This document shows positions 56,886-64,000 of a stretch of DNA of 64,000 nucleotides, in pieces. A program made the position numbers and the translations under genes. This DNA is from Tetramitus jugosus. Its lineage: Eukaryota > Protista > Heterolobosea. Below the pieces are notes generated by a model. It was not told the origin of the DNA. It saw only the letters and a program-made list of their open reading frames with translations, and made no database searches. The stretch's first letter is position 1, and each line of letters opens with the position of its first letter. Location: positions 62,001-126,000 of the forward strand of contig OW569394.1 of the NCBI GenBank assembly GCA_937625935.1. The letters run 5' to 3'.

Positions 56886-57731
56886 TCAAGGTGCAGATGA
56901 TGAAACAGTTTCAGTTTGTTTTGTTGCTCCTCTCTTGTCCATAAAGTATTTTTTGTATCGTAACAGCGAATACACTTGATTCTTGTTGACTCGATTGGCA
57001 ATGAAATCGGGAACGAAACCACCCACAGCCGTTTGAATCACATTGGTAATCTTCAAATCACACTGTCCATCACTCTTGTAACTCTCCTGAAACAAGTAAC
57101 CATATTGAATGACATTGGCTCTCACGCAACCCTCACCACAAGGATACTGTAAAAAGTCTTCATCATCCACACTCGATCCAGCAGCCAACCACTCTGTCGG
57201 TGAAATTTGTTCAATGTATCGATACACCAGCACATCTCTATTGCTTACGAGCATGGATCCACTATTGTATTGTGAGTGAAGCAACACAAGAGTAGGAAAA
57301 TGGGGGTGAAACACTCGGTGCAATTCACAATATTCTTGATCAGGGTCAATGGTTTGAAGTCCTTGCTTGGTGCTGCACAAGCCTCTTTCGGACCACATTT
57401 CCTCCAAGAATTCAGAAGTTTTCAAATTGGGAATCTCAACGTCGCCTCTCCATACAGTAACATTGCTATGAGTGGTCATGGTATCGGGTAGAGTGCACTT
57501 GGAGATGGTGAGACCTTGTTCTCCTCTAGAGCTATCAGAACTCTTATGACTATCGAGTTCTTCCGTCTTGACAAGGTTCCATTGAACAATAGGAGGATCG
57601 TTGTGTATCATTTGTAGCATCAGAGGTTTCATGACTTGATATCGACCGAGATACTTTTGAGTCAGGAAATCAGAACTCCTGAATTGAGAGTCTGGTGCAT
57701 TGGAAGGCAAATGGAAGAACATGAGATACAC
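56886..57731 (-). CDS. START/SRPBCC lipid-binding domain protein (5' end uncertain)
   Basis: VSNRDVLV.R, GCVRANV..GYLF and GGFVPDFIAN motifs. Confidence 0.8.
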   Translation of the reverse strand: MYLMFFHLPSNAPDSQFRSSDFLTQKYLGRYQVMKPLMLQMIHNDPPIVQWNLVKTEELDSHKSSDSSRGEQGLTISKCTLPDTMTTHSNVTVWRGDVEIPNLKTSEFLEEMWSERGLCSTKQGLQTIDPDQEYCELHRVFHPHFPTLVLLHSQYNSGSMLVSNRDVLVYRYIEQISPTEWLAAGSSVDDEDFLQYPCGEGCVRANVIQYGYLFQESYKSDGQCDLKITNVIQTAVGGFVPDFIANRVNKNQVYSLLRYKKYFMDKRGATKQTETVSSSAP

Positions 57732-57902
57732 GGTAATGAGATCAGTTCACACTAGAATGAGGAAAGAATGAGATTGATCAGTTTTGTCACGAACCCCCAA
57801 ACCGAAATTTTATCTAGAAAATCAATAATACTTTGGTTCGTTGTATTATCGGAGATCACAAACTCTGGAGATTTACGACAGATGCAGATCGCTCATTTGA
57901 CA

Positions 57903-58214
57903 ATGGAATATTTTGTTGATCAACTCTGGTCCATTTTACTTGGAGAGAACGCAATTATTCATCCCAAGGTCATATTGAAGAGTGGTCCAAACAGTGGCGG
58001 TATCTACATTGGTAAGAATAACATCATTGAGGAAAAAGCAAAGATTGTTAATTACTCGAAACAACAGCTCGAAATTGGTGACTTCAATTGGATCCAATCG
58101 AGCAGCATTAGTGATTCTCAAATGATTGGTCATAGAAATACAATAGAACAAATAGTTGTTCTCACTCGGTCCTCTGGAGAGTTTGGAGGAGATTCATCCA
58201 AGCAGGCAATGTGA
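57903..58214 (+). pseudogene. Truncated dynactin subunit 6 (p27)-like left-handed beta-helix fragment
   Basis: LGENAIIHPK..GGIYIGKNNIIEEKAKIVN..LEIGDFN..MIGHRNTIE resembles p27 but both ends are missing. Confidence 0.55.
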
Positions 58215-58927
58215 CTTAGAGTTAATCTCTGAAGGTGGCTACTGATTTTCTGAATAAATGAATTTGGAATATTGATTCACAGATTACGAAGGAGCAACAT
58301 GTTCAGATTTGTGCAGTGAGTACCAATGATGCGGGCCAACAGCAGTCAAAAAATTGTGATCACACCAGATGAGATCGGGAATGACTCTAGTCCTGCATAA
58401 AAACTTACGAATTCCCGTAATGGAAAAGCACCTTCTTTTGATCATTGTAGTCCCACAATTTTCAAGTGCTTCATCTGAGTGTTCTTGGACTCGTTCCAGC
58501 ATCTCTTCATAACTCTATCATCAATGTTAAGTAAGTGATCAGATCCCAAGAAGGAGAGTCGAACCTCTCAAGTTCTTAAACTTTTGAATCCAAGCAGGGA
58601 GATAGGTAAGAGAGAAGTTGAAGAAATTGTGCAGACCTAAGAAATTGTGTGAAAAATATTTTTGAGGTCGTAGCCTGGTTTTGAGTTCCAAAGGTTCTTG
58701 ATCCTTGCTTTCCTGAAACTGTATTTTTGAAGAATCATTGGTCAGGAGAGAGAATATCAGATTCTAAGCGACTGTAGTCCATCCTTCCTTCAAGGTCAAG
58801 GTTGAATCAAATCCGCTCTTGCACCAAAAAAAAACACAAGAAGAAAATTAATTTCTGCGCCACATAAAAAAACGCAAAGCGATAGAAAAAAAAAATCACA
58901 CAACAAAATCAATCAATCAACAACAAA

Positions 58928-60465
58928 ATGAGTTCTCATTTAGTGAATATTGCTGAAGAAGGCAACAACGATGCTCATTATCGTTACAAGAGAGAATTAC
59001 TTCAATTAAAAGTAGAAGGAAGAGGAAACGGTATCAAAACTGTCATTACCAACATTGGTCGTGTTTCTGAGAGTTTGGGCGTACCTCCTGAATGTACGTA
59101 TTATTATTATTTCTCCATTCTTTTGTGTTGATGATGATCATTTTTTCCTATTCTGCGACACGAAAAAAAAAACTCACACTTTTCACATACAACAACAAAC
59201 AACAACAACAAAACAAAAAAAATACAACATGCACAGATCCAACCAAATACTTTGGATTAGAATGTGCTGCTCAATCAAAGTACGACAAGAAGACTAAACA
59301 CTCTGTAGTCAATGGTAAATTTGAATTGAGAGAAATGGAGAATACTCTTCAGAATTTTATCAAGAAATTTGTCTTGTGCTACAAGTGTAAACTACCAGAG
59401 TGCAGTTATGAGATTACAAAGAGTGAAGAATTGAAAATGAATTGTCGTGCATGTGGTCACATTGCCACTGTCAGCCCCACTGAGAAATTGGTTACTTTTA
59501 TTCTGAAGCATCCACCTACCAATATGACTCAAAAGGGTAGTGCTGCCAATGCTACATCAGCCACTGTCACCACTAGTTCAAAGAAGAAGTCTTCTCAGAT
59601 GGAAGATGATGATTTGGAACCAGAGGATCAAGTCCAATGGAGTCAAGACACGAGTGATGAAGCTGTTGAGAGAAGAAGAAGAGAAGAAGGCTTGTCTGAC
59701 AATATTTCTGCATTGACTGGTGTTTCTACCTCTACGGATGCTACTTCCAATGATGCTGCTGCAGATGCCAAGAGAAGAAGAAGACAACAACATGAAGAAG
59801 AAGAAGCAGCAGCAGCACAACAAGCAGAAGAAGAGGAACAAGCGGATGCTGATGGTAGAATCTCACCTCAACAAGTCCTCCTCAGGTACATGAATTTGAT
59901 GATGACGAATCAACAACCACTGTCATCATCATCATTGACTGAAGAAGACTCTGCACAAGTGTCATCTGATGACTACTCACCATCCATCATTACTCAACAC
60001 TTGAATTCACTCTATCACGCACTCAAACAAATTCAAACCACTTATGAATTCTCTGACAAGGACATTATTTGTTTGTTGTTTGAGAGTGTGTTCTCCACCA
60101 TGTACGCTGGTAAGAAATCAGAGGAGACACCATTGGTCACTCGTATCCAATTGTATGCTCCACTCATTCGAAAGTTGCTCAATCAACACTATCAGGACAA
60201 GCTCATTCTGGCGTACACTGAGGACTATATTGCCACATTCTCTCCACGTGGTGAAGAAGAAAAGGTGTTGCCTCATGTGGCCAACTTGTTCTTGACCCTC
60301 TATCAACAGGATATCATTCATGATGCATCAGTGATTGTCGATTGGGTCATGAGCACAAAAAAGTCAAAGATGGTCAAGGATGCTGCACTCGTTCAGAAGA
60401 TGAAGGCTGCTGCTAGACCGTTTGCCAAGTGGGCCATTGAGAAGGGCATTGTTGCCACTGAATAA
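58928..60465 (+). CDS. EIF5: Eukaryotic translation initiation factor 5; intron 59094-59236
   Basis: DAHYRYK, KVEGRGNGIKTVITN, YPTKYFGLE, FIKKFVLCYKCKLPE...CRACG and a W2-like C-terminus (AARPFAKW). Confidence 0.93.
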
Positions 60466-60661
60466 GCAACCACAGGAAGAAGATGGATCGCACAATAGAT
60501 ACACGAAAATAAACAAGAAGTAGTTTTAGAATTTTAAAAGTGCATGAATCGTAGATCCATGCGTTTTCTATTCTTTCATTTTGAGGGAGGCTTTTTCCCA
60601 CTTTTCCGTATCTTGTAGTTCCGTAACACATCTGTTTCGAAAATCAGAAAACAAACAAACG

Positions 60662-61936
60662 ATGATTCGACTCACACTGAATGTCATCCAAGAAGAAAAC
60701 CTTCCAGAGTTCATGAAAGATGCATCGCTATTCGAAGCAATCGCCAACAAGTTGCCCGAGATCAAGGAGAAGTATCCAGGAGTTCATGTTGAGGAGAAGG
60801 AACAAGAGAATTCATTTGAAATCTCAGGTGCTGACCACGATCAATGTATCAAAGTGAACCAACGGTTAGTGTACACAATGGTGGACGCCATCTATTTTCC
60901 TTCTCACTCTCGATATCTGCTTGGAGTCAATTCTGAAAGACAACATCTCGAGTTTATTCCACATGGATGGCAATCGTACGCCGGTAAGAAGATTTGGAAT
61001 TCCTATCGATTGGAACCAATCCCCTCACGGAGTATTAAATATTACCGCTACCCTTGGTGGGCAGAACCATTGTCCAATACGACTGTGCTATACACTGCTG
61101 ATCGAGATCCTATCATGATGAACGAATTGAGAAACTGTGGGGTCAAAAAAACCATGATAAGAATATACTTGGGAGGGAAGTTCATTGTGAAAAGTAAGAT
61201 GGACTTGAGAGGTAAAGGGACAACAGGACCATACTTAGAGAAAGGAGCATCAGCCTTTAAATGGAATTTGGATCGTGAAGATACATTTGATGGGGAAAGG
61301 ATGAAGGAAATGTTAAAGTCGATGAAAGGGTGCACCCCTGAGCCTCCGAGCACATTGGATATCTATTCAATTACAGTCTTTGATACCAAAAAGCGTGAAG
61401 ATATTGACATTCGTTACATAATTGAAGATTCAGATGAGAATGATATCAGTAGACCTGTACTTCTTGGTCAAGAGGACTATAACGTGTATAACATGTCCAA
61501 GAATAGGGCTTTTTCATACTACTTCGAAGATACATCCCGCACCACCGCCACGGATAGAGGTGGAATCGTCAAATTTTGGGACAACGACCAGAAAGTATCA
61601 ATTTATGACAGAGCCGAGTTGGTAGCCCAGAGTTTGAGATATAATCGTAAGCTAGGAACGTTCGTATTCAGTGACTCAACCTCTACTCCACAGTTTCAAG
61701 ATCCGACAGGTAGATTTTGGATCAAAGGAGGTGCTAAGTGCACAGAAGAATACTATCATCTCGAACATAAAGAGAAACAGTATCGTGTTTGCATGAGTGG
61801 AAACAAACCAAGTATTCAGTTGGGTCCGACAGATGTTTACTCCCCAGACTACGAAACAGATTACGAAGTTCTCAAGGAGTTTGGAAAATACCTCGTTGGT
61901 CAGTACGACCAATACGTAATCATCTTTAACAAATAA
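60662..61936 (+). CDS. Hypothetical protein (possible degenerate KH-like N-terminus)
   Basis: Intronless ORF of 424 aa from the ATG at 60662, globular composition; no confident family. Confidence 0.7.
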   Translation: MIRLTLNVIQEENLPEFMKDASLFEAIANKLPEIKEKYPGVHVEEKEQENSFEISGADHDQCIKVNQRLVYTMVDAIYFPSHSRYLLGVNSERQHLEFIPHGWQSYAGKKIWNSYRLEPIPSRSIKYYRYPWWAEPLSNTTVLYTADRDPIMMNELRNCGVKKTMIRIYLGGKFIVKSKMDLRGKGTTGPYLEKGASAFKWNLDREDTFDGERMKEMLKSMKGCTPEPPSTLDIYSITVFDTKKREDIDIRYIIEDSDENDISRPVLLGQEDYNVYNMSKNRAFSYYFEDTSRTTATDRGGIVKFWDNDQKVSIYDRAELVAQSLRYNRKLGTFVFSDSTSTPQFQDPTGRFWIKGGAKCTEEYYHLEHKEKQYRVCMSGNKPSIQLGPTDVYSPDYETDYEVLKEFGKYLVGQYDQYVIIFNK

Positions 61937-62232
61937 TAGAGTGGCAAGCAATTTCTCTGTTATTGAAGGATGTTGTTTAGATTTAAATCTTTACTTTCAT
62001 TAGATCTTAGTGTTCCTTGTGCTTCTTGTTTCTGACCAGTGACTCCACCTCTTGCTGATCAGTTGTGGACGATTCTCTAGATCTCTTTCGATCCGAGTGA
62101 TTAGTTGTTGTTGGCATGATCCTTGCCCTTGCCTTTGCCATTGTTCATTCCCTTTAGATGGTAAGTTAATATTCTTGACGCGTTCTCACACAACAGCATT
62201 CACATACCACAAACAATAAATAAAAAACCAGG

Positions 62233-64000
62233 TTAACATACATTGGTCATTTGTTCTGCTTCGTCATCCATGTCTAAACTAGCTGCTGCCATCTCCAACA
62301 AATCATCAATATCTGTTGTTGAAGAAGTCGTGGCAGCAGTTGCTCTCCTTGTAGCAGCAGGAACAGTTGCCTTGTATGATTGATACATGCGCAACAAGAA
62401 ATTCACCAAACTATGTTTCAACACATTTTGATTCATCATAATGGTCGTTGCCATTGCAATATTGTTATTAGCACCACCGCCTTGTTGCTGATTCAATGAA
62501 GAAACAAGCACGGAGACTACGTGATCCGAATAGAATTGCAACAATCGTCTCACATTTTCATCACTTGATGATGATGATGATGATACAGATGATACAGATG
62601 AAGAAAAGACTCCTTGTTCCTCCATGAACACATCAATCATTTGACCCAACCACACACTCAATTCATTCCTAAACTCTCTATAATACTCTGCTCTTCTACT
62701 ACTATTACTACTGCCACCATTATTGTTATTGTTATTTTGAAGAATGAGCAATCTCAATTGATATACATGTGTTTGCACAATCTGTATCAATCGCTCTTGT
62801 ATTCTCTCTGTATTGCATCTACCACTATTACTACTACTATTACTACTACTAGATGATGATGATGATGATGAATTGGAGTGCAAATGAGAAATCAATGCTT
62901 CCAAATTCAAACATCTCCTCATGTACTTTTCAATCACTTGATTCCATCTCTGTCTCTCTTCCTCACTATTATTAGTAGTAGTAGTATCAGTATCAGATGT
63001 CAAGAGTTGATAGAGTGGAGTACTAATGGAATCAATGACTCCATTCCATTGATCACTCATAAACAATTGAATCCAATCGTTCATTGTGACATGAGAGAAC
63101 ACTGAATGAAACACATTTTGAATTTGTTTCATTTCTTCTTCATCATCTTCACTACTATTACTATTACTACTATTACTACTACCAGTATTAGCAGTAGTAG
63201 TAGTAGTAGTATTGTTATTGTTGTTGAGATTGGTCGTATTCAATTGTTGAAGATTGGTGGCTGCATTGGAGATGACTGTTTGTACCATGGGTGCTACACT
63301 TGAGAACCATTGACTCCATGTTGAAGTTGGATTATTACTATTGGTAGGATTGGTAGTAGTATTACGAGTGTGATTAGCTGTTGTTGTAGTATTGTTAGCA
63401 GTAGAAGGAGTAGTAGTAGTATTTCTAGGTAAGAGTGTAGGAGTAATGGTAATGGAGGAAGAAATGGTTGGTTGTTGTTGTTGTTGAGATTGTGATTGTT
63501 GAGATTGTTGAGCAGCAAGAGATGTCTGTAATCGACTCAATTGACTCGGTATTCTATCAATTTCATCCAAATTGGCATGTAAATGCAATTGAATCGGTGG
63601 AATACTATTATTACTATTGTTGAGTGAGGATTGAGATGATTGTTGTGGAATAGTGCCAACTCCTCTTGCTTGTAAATATCGATTCAAATCCAAAATCATT
63701 CGTTGAACAATGGCTACATCATTATTGTTCGAATTGTTATTACTGGTGAGTGCAGAGAACAAGTGACCTCTATTTCGTTCATAACCTTCAATAAATTGTC
63801 TCAGAATCATTCGACTATTTTGATCAAGAGGAGTAGAAGCAGCAGCAGCAGTATTCGCTGTATTATTTGCAGTATTTGTAGTGTTAGGAACAGCAGTATT
63901 GCGATTAATTACAACTGTTGCTCTTCTCACTGGTTGTTGTTGTTGTGATGGTTGTGATGGTTGTTGTGATGGTTGTTGTTGTGGTAGTGGTGGGCCATTG
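62233..64000 (-). CDS. Low-complexity protein, possibly BAG6-like; 5' part outside the window, probable intron donor at 62241
   Basis: Frame is open to the window end. Helical segment VFSHVTMNDWIQLFMSDQWNGVIDSISTPLYQLL resembles the BAG6 central region as recalled. Confidence 0.55.
   Translation of the reverse strand, partial: NGPPLPQQQPSQQPSQPSQQQQPVRRATVVINRNTAVPNTTNTANNTANTAAAASTPLDQNSRMILRQFIEGYERNRGHLFSALTSNNNSNNNDVAIVQRMILDLNRYLQARGVGTIPQQSSQSSLNNSNNSIPPIQLHLHANLDEIDRIPSQLSRLQTSLAAQQSQQSQSQQQQQPTISSSITITPTLLPRNTTTTPSTANNTTTTANHTRNTTTNPTNSNNPTSTWSQWFSSVAPMVQTVISNAATNLQQLNTTNLNNNNNTTTTTTANTGSSNSSNSNSSEDDEEEMKQIQNVFHSVFSHVTMNDWIQLFMSDQWNGVIDSISTPLYQLLTSDTDTTTTNNSEEERQRWNQVIEKYMRRCLNLEALISHLHSNSSSSSSSSSSNSSSNSGRCNTERIQERLIQIVQTHVYQLRLLILQNNNNNNGGSSNSSRRAEYYREFRNELSVWLGQMIDVFMEEQGVFSSSVSSVSSSSSSSDENVRRLLQFYSDHVVSVLVSSLNQQQGGGANNNIAMATTIMMNQNVLKHSLVNFLLRMYQSYKATVPAATRRATAATTSSTTDIDDLLEMAAASLDMDDEAEQMTNVC

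Overview
Gene-dense eukaryotic (protist) DNA of moderate to low GC, with short GT-AG spliceosomal introns and many poly-Q/N/S/T tracts. The gene repertoire (EGF+RCC1 surface protein, receptor-type class III nucleotide cyclase, F-box/LRR) suggests a Naegleria-like heterolobosean amoeba; this is inference only. Housekeeping genes recognised: FAM21/WASHC2, TACC-like, RPT1/PSMC2, THOC1, GET4, HEATR3/Syo1, CSN5, a CLC channel and eIF5. They alternate with recently duplicated or decaying secretome genes: a Frizzled-CRD protein plus pseudogene, three secreted allene-oxide-cyclase/dirigent-barrel proteins, a Cys-rich secreted pair, and a lipase/small membrane protein tandem. No rRNA, tRNA or CRISPR array was seen. 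Best leads: (1) the secreted AOC-like triplet; (2) a ~1770-aa surface protein whose C-terminus resembles the animal FRAS1/FREM2 (ZP-C-like) domain; (3) two putative regulators sharing a C-terminal half but with unrelated N-terminal domains, each followed by a long hairpin, one pre-miRNA-like; (4) recurring TTTGGCGCCAAA (E2F-type) palindromes in introns and a promoter. All family calls come from motif recognition by eye, not database searches.
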